Notes: generated by a model not told the origin, from the sequence alone. 64,000 nucleotides of DNA from Candidatus Sericytochromatia bacterium (GCA_035285595.1 JAYKGV010000028.1:13795-77794); one strand, 5' to 3'. Counted from the stretch's first letter, positions 8,915 through 18,861 are shown. A program made the numbers and translations.

Positions 8915-11900
8915 TCAGGCGAGAAGCGGGGCCGGCTCGACCCACCTGTGCCTGATGACGGGGCCGGTGCCCTCGGTGAGGCGGTTCAGTGCCTGATCCA
9001 GTTCGGGCTGTCTCTGCACCCAGAAGCCCTCGCCGGTCACGATCTGGCGATCCGTCCCCACTATGTGGAGAATGACCGGATCGTTGCCTTTGTGCTTCTT
9101 GAGCAACTCCTTCAGGACCACCATCTGGTTGCCTGCCGTGCCTGAGGGCAAGGTCACATGCAGGCTGCGCAAGCCAGCCAGTTCAGAGGCATCCTCGACC
9201 TCGACTTGAGGCCGTTCATCTTCACTGCCGGAGAACTTGCCCTTGAGCAGCAGCCGCGCATCTTCCTGAAGCAAGCTTTCGAGGCGGGCATAGGTCTTGG
9301 GGAAGACCACGAAATCCATCGTGCCTGTGAAGTCCTCGAGCTTGCCGGCAAGCATGGCGTCACCTTTTTTCGTGATGATTCTGCGACATCCCTGCAGGAT
9401 TCCTCCCAGCACGACCGCACGTTCCGCCGGCATCCGGGCGAGGTCGGCCACCGTGGCCGTGACGTGCCATTCGAGGCGGCAGGGCAAGTGGTCGAGGGGA
9501 TGAGCGCTCAAGTAGAGCCCTACCAGGTCCTTTTCGGCCTTGAGCGCTTCCTGCGGGTCACCTGGAGGGACCTGCTCGAGATTGGGGCGAGGCAGAGCCG
9601 TCACGGCGGTCATATCGCCGAAGAGGGACACCTGGTTGGCGTGTGCCTCGCGGCCTTGGGCCTGGGCCCAGTTCATCACCGTCTCGAGATGGGCGAGCAT
9701 GTGGGCGCGGTTCTGGCCGAGTCCATCGCAGGCACCGGCCTGAATCAGGGACTCGAGGCACCGTCGGTTGACCGTCTTCAGATCCACGTCCTCGAGAAAA
9801 TCGAAGAGGTCCGTGAAGCGTCCGTTCGATCGGGTCTGTCTCACGCGTTGAATTTCCTCGACGGCGGGCAGGCCTACGTTCTTGACCGAGGCCAAGCCGA
9901 AGCGGATGCCTTCAGGTACGACGGTGAAGTCGGCCTCGCTCGTGGAGATGTCGGGGGGCAGTACAGGAATCCCCATCTGCCGGCAGTTGTGGACAGTAAT
10001 CATGATCTTGTCCGTATTGCCGGCGTAGCTGGACAGGAGCGCGGCCATGTACTCCCTGGGAAAGTGAGCCTTCAAGTAGGCCGTCTGGTAGGTCAGGACG
10101 GCGTAGGCGGCCGTGTGGGCCCGGTTGAAGCAGTATTCCGAGAACTTGGTCATCTTGTCGAAGATGTCGTTGGCCACCGTCTCGTCCACCTGATTGGCGA
10201 TGCACCCCTCGAGGAAAGTGGCTCGCTGCTTGGCCATCTCGTCGGCCTTCTTCTTGCCCATCGCGCGCCGCAGCATGTCGGCACCACCCAGCGAGTAGTT
10301 GCCCAGCACCTGAGCAATCTGCATGATTTGCTCTTGGTAGACCATCGTGCCGTAGGTGTCGCGCAAGATGGGCTCGAGCGCCGGGTGTGGATAATCGATG
10401 GCCTTGCGGCCGTGCTTTCGATCCACGTATTCGTCGACATAGCCGCTTTGCAGCGGTCCGGGCCGGTAGAGCGCCAAGATGGCCGAGATGTCTTCGAAGT
10501 TGGTCGGCTGCAGCTGCCTCACCAGTTTCGTCATCCCTTCGGACTCGACCTGGAACACCCCGATGGTGTCCCCACGCCTCAGGAGCTCGTACACTGCAGG
10601 GTCGGTGAAATCCTGGTTGGAGAAGTCTGGCACCCGGTCCGGATGGTTACGCTTCACCAGGTCCAGAGCTCGACCAATCATCGTCAGGTTGCGTAGCCCA
10701 AGAAAGTCCATCTTGAGCAGGCCAAGCATCTCGAGGTACTTCTGTTCGTACTGCGTCACGAGGCCGCCGTCATCACCCTTGTCTCGATCGAGCCGGGTGA
10801 GGGGGACCAGCTGTTCGAGGGGATCCTCCGCGATGATCACGCCAGCGGCGTGGACGCTGGTGTTGCGGCTCAGGCCCTCGAGACGCTTGGCAAGCCCCAC
10901 AAGCTCCTCCACGCGCTCGTCACGCTCCATGACGGCCGCAAGCTCAGTGCCTTCCTTGCTCGCGTCATCCAGGGTGACGCCCAGGTCATCGCCCACTTTC
11001 TTGCAGAGGTCGTTCGTCTCCGCGAAAGACAGGCCCATCACCCGACCTACGTCCTTGATGGCCGCCTTCGCCTTGAGCGTGTTGAAGGTGACGATCTGGG
11101 CAACCCGCTCGTCGCCATACTTTTCGCGGACGTAGCGAATGACTTCGCCTCTGCGGTCGATGCAGAAGTCCACGTCGATGTCGGGCATCGACACACGTTC
11201 AGGATTGAGAAAGCGTTCGAACAGCAAGTTGTATTTGACGGGGTCCAGCTCGGTGATGCCGAGGCAGTACGCAACCAGGGAGCCTGCTGCGCTGCCGCGC
11301 CCGGGGCCAACGGGAATACCGTTTCGCTTGGCCCACGCAATGAAGTCCCAGACAATCAGGAAGTAGGCTGGGAAACCCATCTTGGTGACGGTGTCCAGCT
11401 CGAATTTCAGTCGATATTCCAACTCGGGCGTGATGCGGTCGTAACGTTCCCGCAGGCCCTGCCAGGCGAGATCGATCAGGTGTGACTCGGCCGTCTTGCC
11501 ATCGGGCACTTCAAAGACCGGCAGGCGATTGCGTCCCATGTCCAGCTTGAGATCGACCTTTTCTGCAATTTCGAGCGTGCTGCGCAAGGCCTGGGGCAGG
11601 TCATGAAAGACCTCGGCCATCTCGGACGGGCTCTTGACGTAGAAGTCCGGCCCATACGCCATCTTGCGATGGGCATCATTGAGGTTCCGACCGGTGCCGA
11701 TGCAGATCAACGCGTCGTGGGCGCGTGTGTCTCCGGGATGGGTGTAGTGCGAATCATTGGTCGCCGCGAGCCGGATACCGGTCTTCTCGGAAAGTTCGAG
11801 AAAGGCCCGGTTGACGGCACGTTGCTCGGCGAGACCGTGATCCTGGACCTCAAGGTAGAAGTCGTCTCCGAAGACGCCCTTGTACCACAGGGCCTTGTCG

Positions 11901-12379
11901 AGGGCCTCCTGATGCCGTCCCTGCAGCACCAGTGAGGGAACCTGGCCGCCGATGCACGCCGAAAGCGCGATGAGGCCCTCATGATAGTGCTCGAGCACCT
12001 CCGCATCGATCCGGGGCTTGTGGTAGTAGCCTTCGAGATGGCCGATGGTGTTGAGCTTGACCAGATTCTCGTAGCCCTGTTGGTTCTTGGCGATCAGCAC
12101 GAGATGCCCGTAGGGCTTCCCCGGTCCCTGGACGGCCCGGATGCGCCGGTCCCCGTTGGCGACGTAGGCCTCCATGCCAATCAGGGGCTTGATCCCCTTC
12201 TCCTTGGCCTCCTTGTAGAACTCAATCGCACCGTACATGACCCCGTGATCCGTGACGGCTAGAGCTCCCATGCCGGTGTCTGCCGCCCGGGCCACGAGGT
12301 CCTTGATGCGGCTTGCACCGTCAAGGAGCGAGTACTGGCTGTGGACGTGGCAGTGGACGAACTCGTGCCGCGTGCCCAT
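8915..12379 (-). CDS. dnaE: DNA polymerase III alpha subunit
   Basis: 1154 aa. N-terminal PHP domain (HCHVHSQYSLLDG...VTDHG) and conserved polymerase core and fingers motifs. Confidence 0.95.
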   Translation of the reverse strand: MGTRHEFVHCHVHSQYSLLDGASRIKDLVARAADTGMGALAVTDHGVMYGAIEFYKEAKEKGIKPLIGMEAYVANGDRRIRAVQGPGKPYGHLVLIAKNQQGYENLVKLNTIGHLEGYYHKPRIDAEVLEHYHEGLIALSACIGGQVPSLVLQGRHQEALDKALWYKGVFGDDFYLEVQDHGLAEQRAVNRAFLELSEKTGIRLAATNDSHYTHPGDTRAHDALICIGTGRNLNDAHRKMAYGPDFYVKSPSEMAEVFHDLPQALRSTLEIAEKVDLKLDMGRNRLPVFEVPDGKTAESHLIDLAWQGLRERYDRITPELEYRLKFELDTVTKMGFPAYFLIVWDFIAWAKRNGIPVGPGRGSAAGSLVAYCLGITELDPVKYNLLFERFLNPERVSMPDIDVDFCIDRRGEVIRYVREKYGDERVAQIVTFNTLKAKAAIKDVGRVMGLSFAETNDLCKKVGDDLGVTLDDASKEGTELAAVMERDERVEELVGLAKRLEGLSRNTSVHAAGVIIAEDPLEQLVPLTRLDRDKGDDGGLVTQYEQKYLEMLGLLKMDFLGLRNLTMIGRALDLVKRNHPDRVPDFSNQDFTDPAVYELLRRGDTIGVFQVESEGMTKLVRQLQPTNFEDISAILALYRPGPLQSGYVDEYVDRKHGRKAIDYPHPALEPILRDTYGTMVYQEQIMQIAQVLGNYSLGGADMLRRAMGKKKADEMAKQRATFLEGCIANQVDETVANDIFDKMTKFSEYCFNRAHTAAYAVLTYQTAYLKAHFPREYMAALLSSYAGNTDKIMITVHNCRQMGIPVLPPDISTSEADFTVVPEGIRFGLASVKNVGLPAVEEIQRVRQTRSNGRFTDLFDFLEDVDLKTVNRRCLESLIQAGACDGLGQNRAHMLAHLETVMNWAQAQGREAHANQVSLFGDMTAVTALPRPNLEQVPPGDPQEALKAEKDLVGLYLSAHPLDHLPCRLEWHVTATVADLARMPAERAVVLGGILQGCRRIITKKGDAMLAGKLEDFTGTMDFVVFPKTYARLESLLQEDARLLLKGKFSGSEDERPQVEVEDASELAGLRSLHVTLPSGTAGNQMVVLKELLKKHKGNDPVILHIVGTDRQIVTGEGFWVQRQPELDQALNRLTEGTGPVIRHRWVEPAPLLA

Positions 12380-12408
12380 GGCATCACCTCCTGTTGGAGG
12401 CCATGCTA

Positions 12409-13779
12409 TCAGCCCTTCTTCTTCTTTTTCTTGCCACGCAGCCGGCCGAGTCTTTCCTCGACGGTCTTGCGGATTTGATCGGGATCGACTGCCTTGAACA
12501 GGGGATCCACCCGTGACCGCAAGGTACCGGTGATCTCATCCACCGAGCTGTGCCTGAGCACGCTGAAGACCTCTCCGACGCTGCCGGAGCGGACGGCAGC
12601 AGCTACGAGGTCGATGATGTCGGGTCCTCCGTAGGCTTCGCGCTCCTGGGCCTCGGGGGAGGCGGCGGCAGGCGCTGCGGGCTGCGGGACCAAGGGCTCG
12701 TCGGCGACACTCTCGTCGACCCACTTCTCCTTTGCCAGATTGCCGGTGGTCCGCAAGGGCGCCGTGCGTCTGGCCCCGATGGAGCCTGTGAGCTGACGCT
12801 GCACGGCTTCGAGGGTATGTGTGGCGTTGACGCGTGTCGTTTCTGCGGGAGCCTCGAAGACCGCCGACTCCGTCTCGGCTGGCGGCGGAGCCGCGGCACC
12901 CCCAGGGACCAGACGGGACAACCGATCGAGAGCCTCGCGTGCCACGGACTTGTACTCCTCCACGCCCAGCAGGTTTCGGTAGTGTGCCAGGGCGCGCGGA
13001 TAATCCTTGAGTTCCTCGCGAAGCTGGGCCGCGTAGAACCACGCCGGCCAGAGCTGGCGATCGTGTCGTACGGCCTCCTCGAAGGCCTTGACGGCCTGCT
13101 GGCGGTCCTTGACAGCGACGAAAGAACGCCCGAGGCGCCAGAAAAGGCTGGCATCGGCCCGCCCCATCTCGACCACCTTGACGTACTCGACGATGGCCTG
13201 AAGGTGATCCCCCAGACGTTGGTAAATGTCCCCCTGCAACACAAAGGCAGGTGCATAGGACTCCGCCAGGCTTTTGACGAAGTGCAGCTGACTGAGCGCG
13301 CGCTTGTAATCTTCCTTTTCCGCACAGATCAAGGCCAGTTGATAGCGGGCGACGACGGCCTTGGCGTCGTTCACGATGGCAAGCTCGAAAGCCTTGCGGG
13401 CATCGTCGTTGCGCTTGGTCTCACGGAAGACCATGCCGAGCCGGATGTAGGCATCGGTGTACTTGGGCTCGAGAGCGATGGTTTCCTGCAGGTACTTCTC
13501 CGCCTCGGGCCACCGGCGTGCCTGGAAATAGACTTCGCCCAGACAGTAAAGGCTCATCGGGTCGATGCGAGTCTGGAGGGACAGTGACCGTCTGAGCGAC
13601 GCCTCGGCATCGGCAAGCTCCCCTTTGGCGCTCTGGATGCGGCCGATGTAGGTAAGGGCCTGTGACTGTAACTTGCGATGCTCCTTGCCTACCTGGGCAA
13701 ATGCGGCCAGGGCGGCGTCGTAATTGCCCGCCTGAAACTGGTTGACGCCTTCCTGGAAGGCCTCTGTGCTCGCGTCCAT
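12409..13779 (-). CDS. TPR-repeat protein with a C-terminal poly-Lys tail
   Basis: Multiple TPR-like repeats (AEKYLQETIALEPKYTDAYIRLG...). Ends RLRGKKKKKKG. Confidence 0.7.
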   Translation of the reverse strand: MDASTEAFQEGVNQFQAGNYDAALAAFAQVGKEHRKLQSQALTYIGRIQSAKGELADAEASLRRSLSLQTRIDPMSLYCLGEVYFQARRWPEAEKYLQETIALEPKYTDAYIRLGMVFRETKRNDDARKAFELAIVNDAKAVVARYQLALICAEKEDYKRALSQLHFVKSLAESYAPAFVLQGDIYQRLGDHLQAIVEYVKVVEMGRADASLFWRLGRSFVAVKDRQQAVKAFEEAVRHDRQLWPAWFYAAQLREELKDYPRALAHYRNLLGVEEYKSVAREALDRLSRLVPGGAAAPPPAETESAVFEAPAETTRVNATHTLEAVQRQLTGSIGARRTAPLRTTGNLAKEKWVDESVADEPLVPQPAAPAAASPEAQEREAYGGPDIIDLVAAAVRSGSVGEVFSVLRHSSVDEITGTLRSRVDPLFKAVDPDQIRKTVEERLGRLRGKKKKKKG

Positions 13780-13817
13780 CTGACCGTGTTATACACGGTT
13801 GGACCCCTTCGCTACGA

Positions 13818-15878
13818 GTGTCCCGCGATCCGAGGCAAATCCCCATGGCGATCGAGGCCTTTCCGCTTGCCCGCTGGCTTGTCCAGGCAGCCCGTCGGGG
13901 GCAATGGGTGGCTTTTGCAACCCCCTTGGATCGTTGGCGTGCGGGTCAAGGGGGGCTCGAGGTCCTGGATCGGGAAGGTCGAGGGTGGCCCGTCCCCATG
14001 TCCTGGATGGGCCGTTCCGGTCCGGAGGGTCCCTTGCCGGGCAGATCGTCTTTCCCTGCTGCAGGCAGACCGTGGCTTGTCCTTGCCCCCGTGCAGGATG
14101 AGCCCGGAAACCTGGAGGACGAAGGGAGCCTGACGGTGGCGCAGGTTCACGATGCCTTGGCCAGACCTGGCGGAGGGCAGCCCTGGCCCGAGGACCCGGC
14201 CAGAGCCGTTCGCCGCGGGGACCTGGTGCTCGAGGACTGGTTGGAAGGCTGGGGGCTGCCTGCCGCGCGGCATCGACCTTGGAGAGGGCACTCCGGACGG
14301 CTGGGCAGCCTGCTGCTGGCAGGGGGGCACGTCACGCAGCTGGACCTCAAGCAGGGGATGGCCCGGCAAGTCGAGGAGGACCTGCCGCTGGGGCAACTCC
14401 TGCGGGTGCCGGCGGCCACGATAGAAGCCATCCTGCGCGGGCAGTCTCCTCGACCGCCGGTCGCGGATCCCTTGGCCCATCCGTGGCTGGTCACGGCGTT
14501 ATGGGGCCTGGTGCCATGGGCGGATGTGGCTCGTGCCTGGCACGAGGGCGGATATGCGGGTCTCGATCGAGGCTGGGCCACCCAGAGCGTGGTGCCGGCC
14601 CTCCGTGCCCGGGCAGAGGCCCACGCGCGGGTCTTGCGGGAGGCCGATGCGGCGCCTCGTCTCGGGAGCCTGTTGGTCCGGCGTGGTCTGGCAAAGGAGG
14701 TATTGGCCGATGCCTTGGCGCGGCAGGTCGACCAAGCCATGCCTCTGGGACATCTGCTCGTGGCCGCTGGCAGGCTCGAGCTTCTGGAGCTTGTCGCCGC
14801 ACTCGAGGAACAGCGCATGGAAAGGCGTCTCGCCGCGTGGGATCGGGTCCCGCCGCCGGCTCCGCCCCCCCGGCCCGCGCGGTCGGCTCCCACAGGGCAC
14901 CCCCCCCCCGTGTCGAAGGCCCGGCGCCGGCGGAGGTTGCCGTGGCTCCTCGGAGGGTTGTCTGCGACCAGCATCCTCGCCGCAGCCCTTTGGCGACTCG
15001 GCGGAGACGGGGCCAGCGACGCGGATCCGATTCGTCCGACTCCCGGGGGGGCGACTTGGCTTGGAGGGGCCAAGGGCCTGCCCCTGCCGCCCATAGGCCG
15101 CGAAGGACGTCCGGAGGCCCTCGACCGGGCAGTGATGTCGGGACGCCCTTCCCGGGGCGCGACCTTTTCCGAGTTTCCGGGAAGCGGTGCGACCTTCGAG
15201 GGCAGACAGGGACTGGAGGAAGCCTCAGCCATGGCGTCTAGCCAGACATTGTCCGGGATCCCTTCCACCGAGAGCGTGACCGCTCGTTTCACGGGTCTCC
15301 CGTCCAACGTGGGGGAGCGGCAGCAGGCGCTGCGTTTGCAGGCCGAGCCTTCCACGGGTGGACCGCCATCCTGGGTGCCCGGGCAGGTTCGGGGTAAAGG
15401 CCCTGCAGGCGGCCTTGCCGAAAGGGAGCTCTCCGGGAAGGTCTCGGCGAAGGCGCTGCCAAGGGACACCAGCCAGGACCTGTCGTCCTCGGGCACGACA
15501 CAGCGCACGGGGGAATGGCTCTCCGAGCCCTTGGGAGAACACGACCTTCAGGATCCCACCGAAGCCCTGCAAAAGGGGGCCACCCGTGCCCGTCTCTCGG
15601 AAACCGCTGGTACCGAGGGTGTGCGTGCGGCTCAGGCGATGTTCAGGACTCGGCTGGGCTTGACCGCCCTGCGCTCCGGTGACGTCGCCACGGCAAGGGA
15701 GGCCTTCGAGGCTGCGGTGCGTGAAGACCCGATACTGGCCCTGCCGCATTGGCATCTTGCGGAGTTGGCTCGTGCGAGGGGTGACACGGTGACCGCACGG
15801 CGGCACTTGCAGGAGGTCGTTCGGCTGGCCCCGGAAAGCGAGGAAGGTGTTCGCTCCAAATCTCTCCTGGAGAGATAG
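13818..15878 (+). CDS. Multidomain protein with 2x GspE-N/MshEN-like motifs, one TM segment and a C-terminal TPR
   Basis: 'RLGSLLLAGGHVTQLDLKQGMARQ' and 'RLGSLLVRRGLAKEVLADALARQ' fit the MshEN c-di-GMP-binding motif (RLGxxLVxxGxxxxxxLxxALxxQ). TM segment 'LPWLLGGLSATSILAAALW'. C-terminal TPR (ATAREAFEAAVREDP...). Confidence 0.6.
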   Translation: MSRDPRQIPMAIEAFPLARWLVQAARRGQWVAFATPLDRWRAGQGGLEVLDREGRGWPVPMSWMGRSGPEGPLPGRSSFPAAGRPWLVLAPVQDEPGNLEDEGSLTVAQVHDALARPGGGQPWPEDPARAVRRGDLVLEDWLEGWGLPAARHRPWRGHSGRLGSLLLAGGHVTQLDLKQGMARQVEEDLPLGQLLRVPAATIEAILRGQSPRPPVADPLAHPWLVTALWGLVPWADVARAWHEGGYAGLDRGWATQSVVPALRARAEAHARVLREADAAPRLGSLLVRRGLAKEVLADALARQVDQAMPLGHLLVAAGRLELLELVAALEEQRMERRLAAWDRVPPPAPPPRPARSAPTGHPPPVSKARRRRRLPWLLGGLSATSILAAALWRLGGDGASDADPIRPTPGGATWLGGAKGLPLPPIGREGRPEALDRAVMSGRPSRGATFSEFPGSGATFEGRQGLEEASAMASSQTLSGIPSTESVTARFTGLPSNVGERQQALRLQAEPSTGGPPSWVPGQVRGKGPAGGLAERELSGKVSAKALPRDTSQDLSSSGTTQRTGEWLSEPLGEHDLQDPTEALQKGATRARLSETAGTEGVRAAQAMFRTRLGLTALRSGDVATAREAFEAAVREDPILALPHWHLAELARARGDTVTARRHLQEVVRLAPESEEGVRSKSLLER

Positions 15879-15902
15879 CACAGGGTTCGACAGCCGGAAG
15901 CC

Positions 15903-15931
15903 TTGTCGAGGGCGCGCCTCTCTGTTAGATT
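15903..15931 (+). promoter_or_regulatory. Putative sigma70 promoter of rpsT (TTGTCG-17-TAGATT)
   Basis: Hexamers with 17-bp spacing about 45 nt upstream of the rpsT start. Followed by an unusually AT-rich leader (cttttattttttaatcgaGGAGtttcccc-TTG). Confidence 0.4.
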
Positions 15932-15978
15932 ACAGGTTCGTGCCGTCGTCTTTTATTTTTTAATCGAGGAGTTTCCCC

Positions 15979-16251
15979 TTGGCCAAGCGGATCAAGTCGG
16001 CCATCAAGCGGGCCGAGGTTGCCGAGCGCAACCGCAAGCGCAATGTCTCCGTCAAGTCCGAGGTCAAGACACGCTTCCGCAAGGTGCGTGACCAGGTTCT
16101 TGACGCCAGTTCCGGTGCCGATTCGGATGAGCTGATCCGGCAGGCGGTGAGTTCCATCGACGTGGCGGTCCGCAAGGGCATCATGCATCCGAACACGGCT
16201 GCGCGTCGCAAGTCTCGGCTGATGCGCTTCGTCAACCAGAATTCACGCTGA
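15979..16251 (+). CDS. rpsT: 30S ribosomal protein S20
   Basis: 'MAKRIKSAIKRAEVAERNRKRN...' is the classic S20 N-terminus. TTG start with a GGAG RBS. Confidence 0.95.
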   Translation: MAKRIKSAIKRAEVAERNRKRNVSVKSEVKTRFRKVRDQVLDASSGADSDELIRQAVSSIDVAVRKGIMHPNTAARRKSRLMRFVNQNSR

Positions 16252-16259
16252 GTCTGGCT

Positions 16260-16285
16260 CTTAATCGAAAATTTCCCGGCGATTA
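16260..16285 (+). terminator. Inverted repeat TTAATCG-N12-CGATTAA downstream of rpsT; possible terminator or regulatory site
   Basis: Perfect 7-bp arms, AT-rich, with no clear U-tract. Confidence 0.25.
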
Positions 16286-16351
16286 ACCCTATTCACGGCC
16301 CCCCGAGGCGACAACTCTCCCAGCTTGGGGGCTTCGTCCCGGGGGGTTCTG

Positions 16352-17194
16352 ATGTTCGAAGGCTTGCGGCGTTCTCATGTGTGGCTTCCTTTGCTTGCCG
16401 TGGTCGTGGCAGGGTGTGGTCAGCCTGCGCCCGCAGGCTCGATGAATCGGTCCGCCGCCGGCGGAGTCGTGGCCGCACCCACCTTCGGGGCGCGCGATGC
16501 GCAGGTCGGGGCGGAATCGAACATGGAGGTACTCAATCTCCAGTCCGATCTCGATGAGGTAGACGAAGCCGACTTGGCCGATCTGGCCGTAGAGCAGGGT
16601 GAGGTTCCTTCGCCCGAGGCCTCCGGCTCCGAGCCGGTGGGCAGGCGTATGACTCGGGTCGGCTTCATTCGCTCGAATGAAGATGGCCGGTTCTTCCTGC
16701 AAATCCGCAAGGGGTCGCTTTGGTGGAAGAAGGAAGTCGCGATTCCATTGGTAGGTAAAGATGAACCAGGGCGTCTTGCCCTCGCCCAGCGGCTCAACCG
16801 CAAGGTCATTGCCAGAGGGAGACTGCAGGGCGAGAGCCTCGTGACTTCGTGCGTGGTTGGTTTGCCCGATTTCGGAGCGGTCTGGGACCTGCTCTCGAAG
16901 GGGCGTCTGGCCGGCAGGGTCTATGATGCGAGGACCCTCGTCGCCCTTCCCTTGGCCGACGTGACGGTGCGTTCCTTTAGCAACGGACGCCTCTGGCGTG
17001 CCAAGGCTGATCGCCAAGGTGCCTTCCGCGTCGGGCGCCTCGAGCCGGGTGCCTACGAGGTCACGGCGCGCAGTGCGGATTATCGGCTCGGCCTGCGCGA
17101 CAAGGTCACGGTCCGTCGCAGGGAGTCGGCCCAAGTTTCCCTTGGCCTTGCGCCCGAGCAGTCTGTCCATCCGTCCTATCCCGTCCAGCCATAG
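16352..17194 (+). CDS. Lipoprotein with a carboxypeptidase-regulatory-like (CarboxypepD_reg) beta-sandwich domain
   Basis: Lipobox 'LLAVVVAG|CG'. C-terminal 'GRVYDARTLVALPLADVTVRS...GAYEVTARSADY' is typical of CarboxypepD_reg. Confidence 0.6.
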   Translation: MFEGLRRSHVWLPLLAVVVAGCGQPAPAGSMNRSAAGGVVAAPTFGARDAQVGAESNMEVLNLQSDLDEVDEADLADLAVEQGEVPSPEASGSEPVGRRMTRVGFIRSNEDGRFFLQIRKGSLWWKKEVAIPLVGKDEPGRLALAQRLNRKVIARGRLQGESLVTSCVVGLPDFGAVWDLLSKGRLAGRVYDARTLVALPLADVTVRSFSNGRLWRAKADRQGAFRVGRLEPGAYEVTARSADYRLGLRDKVTVRRRESAQVSLGLAPEQSVHPSYPVQP

Positions 17195-17274
17195 AAACCT
17201 CCCCACGTCGGCTTCCCCGGAACACAGGGGAGACCGACGTGCCTTTTGAGAGCCGACGGGCGTATGATGTGGGC

Positions 17275-17952
17275 ATGGCACCCTACGACAGCGTGTTCTC
17301 CATCATCGGCCCCATCATGGTCGGTCCCAGCAGCTCTCATACGGCGGGGGCGGCCCGCCTGGGCGGATTGGCGCGTGCGTTGCTGGGGGGGACTCCCGTG
17401 CGTGCGGAGCTAGGCTTGCATGGGTCCTTCGCCGAGACCGGTGCCGGGCACGGAACGGACCGGGCCCTGATAGCGGGCCTGCTGGGCTTCTCGTCCGGGG
17501 ACGATCGCTTGAAGGATGCCTTTGAACATGCCCGGGAAGGCGGTTTGTCCTGGTCTTTCTCGACGGTCAACCTTGGGCAGGACATCCATCCGTGTTCGGC
17601 GCGATTCGTCCTGCGTGCCGCAGATGGAGAGACGCTGGACATGGTGGGAAGTTCGCTCGGGGGCGGCGCCGTCCGCATCACCTCCATCCAAGGCTATGAC
17701 GTGGACATTTCGGGGGACTACCCGACGCTGGTCACGGTACACGAGGACAGGCCCGGCCTCGTGCGTGAGGTGACGGGGCTTCTGGCGCGCCTCGGAGTGA
17801 ACATTGCCTTCATGCGGGTAGCCCGGCGACATCGGGGGGCCCACGCATTCATGACGCTAGAGTCTGATCAGGAACTTCCCGAAAATCTGGTGGCCGAGGT
17901 CCGGGCGATGCCCGGGGTCTTGTCTGCCCGTGCGCTGCCGCGTCTGGCCTAG
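17275..17952 (+). CDS. sdaAB: L-serine dehydratase, iron-sulfur-dependent, beta subunit (with ACT domain)
   Basis: 'SVFSIIGPIMVGPSSSHTAGAARLG' is diagnostic. Alternative start at 17239. Confidence 0.9.
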   Translation: MAPYDSVFSIIGPIMVGPSSSHTAGAARLGGLARALLGGTPVRAELGLHGSFAETGAGHGTDRALIAGLLGFSSGDDRLKDAFEHAREGGLSWSFSTVNLGQDIHPCSARFVLRAADGETLDMVGSSLGGGAVRITSIQGYDVDISGDYPTLVTVHEDRPGLVREVTGLLARLGVNIAFMRVARRHRGAHAFMTLESDQELPENLVAEVRAMPGVLSARALPRLA

Positions 17953-17963
17953 GGTTTCGTGCA

Positions 17964-18854
17964 ATGACCTCTTATCGTTTCGAAAGCATGGCGGATCTCG
18001 TTGCGCTTGCCGAGGCCGAGCAACTCACGCTTGGCGAGGTCGCGCTTCGTCATGAAGTGGCCATGGGACATCACGACCGGGAGACTATCCTGGAGGCCAT
18101 GCGGGAACGGTGGGCCACCATGCGCCGGTCCATGGAGATGGGTCTCGAAGCCCCCCAGAAGACCATGGGGGGGCTGTCCCACGGCGCGGGGCAGCTGATG
18201 GCCACTCATCGTCCTCTTCTGGTCGATGGCATCGCCGTGCAGGTCATGGCCCGTGCATTGGCCGTCAACGAGTGTTCTGCTGCGATGCGGCGCATCGTGG
18301 CCGCGCCGACCGCAGGCTCGAGTGGTATCCTGCCTGCGGCGCTTTGGGGGGCTCAGCAGCGTCTGGGTTGTCCTGACGAAGGGGTCGTCATGGCACTTTT
18401 CACCGCTGCTGCCTTGGGCATGGTGATGGCGAACAGGGCCACCATCTCGGGGGCACAGGCGGGGTGCATGGCCGAGGTCGGAGTGTCTGCAGCCATGGCG
18501 GCCGGTGCCATGGCCGAGATGGCGGGGGCTCCGCCCGACGTCGCGGTGCACGCGATGGCGCTTGCGCTGAAGAACACGCTGGGATTGGTGTGTGATCCGA
18601 TTGGCGGGTATGTCGAGGTCCCCTGCATCAAGCGGAATGCGATCTTCGCGATTCATGCCACTTCGGCTGCCGAGATGGCGTTGGCCGGCATTCGCAGCTT
18701 TGTGCCCGCGGATCAGGTCATCTCCGCCATGGGCGAAATCGGTGAGGCCATGCCCAAGAAACTCAAGGAGACTTCCCAGGGAGGGTTGGCCACCACGTTG
18801 ATTGGTCTCGAAGTCATGGCGCGGCGTCCACGGGTCGATGAATCGCGGGCCTGA
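17964..18854 (+). CDS. sdaAA: L-serine dehydratase, alpha subunit
   Basis: 'GGLSHGAGQLMAT', 'SGAQAGCMAEVGVSAAMAAG' and 'GLVCDPIGGYVEVPCIKRNA'. Confidence 0.9.
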   Translation: MTSYRFESMADLVALAEAEQLTLGEVALRHEVAMGHHDRETILEAMRERWATMRRSMEMGLEAPQKTMGGLSHGAGQLMATHRPLLVDGIAVQVMARALAVNECSAAMRRIVAAPTAGSSGILPAALWGAQQRLGCPDEGVVMALFTAAALGMVMANRATISGAQAGCMAEVGVSAAMAAGAMAEMAGAPPDVAVHAMALALKNTLGLVCDPIGGYVEVPCIKRNAIFAIHATSAAEMALAGIRSFVPADQVISAMGEIGEAMPKKLKETSQGGLATTLIGLEVMARRPRVDESRA

Positions 18855-18861
18855 GGTCCGT

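Noticed and set aside
9158-10696. 512-aa + strand ORF inside dnaE
   Set aside because: It is antisense to dnaE, which has unambiguous homology over its whole length.
12550-13587. 345-aa + strand ORF, and 12603..13325 / 12536..13042 minus ORFs, inside the TPR gene
   Set aside because: Only the 12409..13779 frame shows TPR repeats and a sensible composition.
14147-15508. 453-aa minus ORF and 14279..15241 + ORF overlapping the 686-aa gene
   Set aside because: Both have Arg/Pro/Ser/Ala-rich low-complexity composition with no motifs. The 13818..15878 frame carries recognisable MshEN-like and TPR features.
16289-17281. 330-aa minus ORF opposite the lipoprotein gene
   Set aside because: It is antisense to an ORF with a clear lipobox and CarboxypepD_reg-like domain. 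No motifs were found in it.
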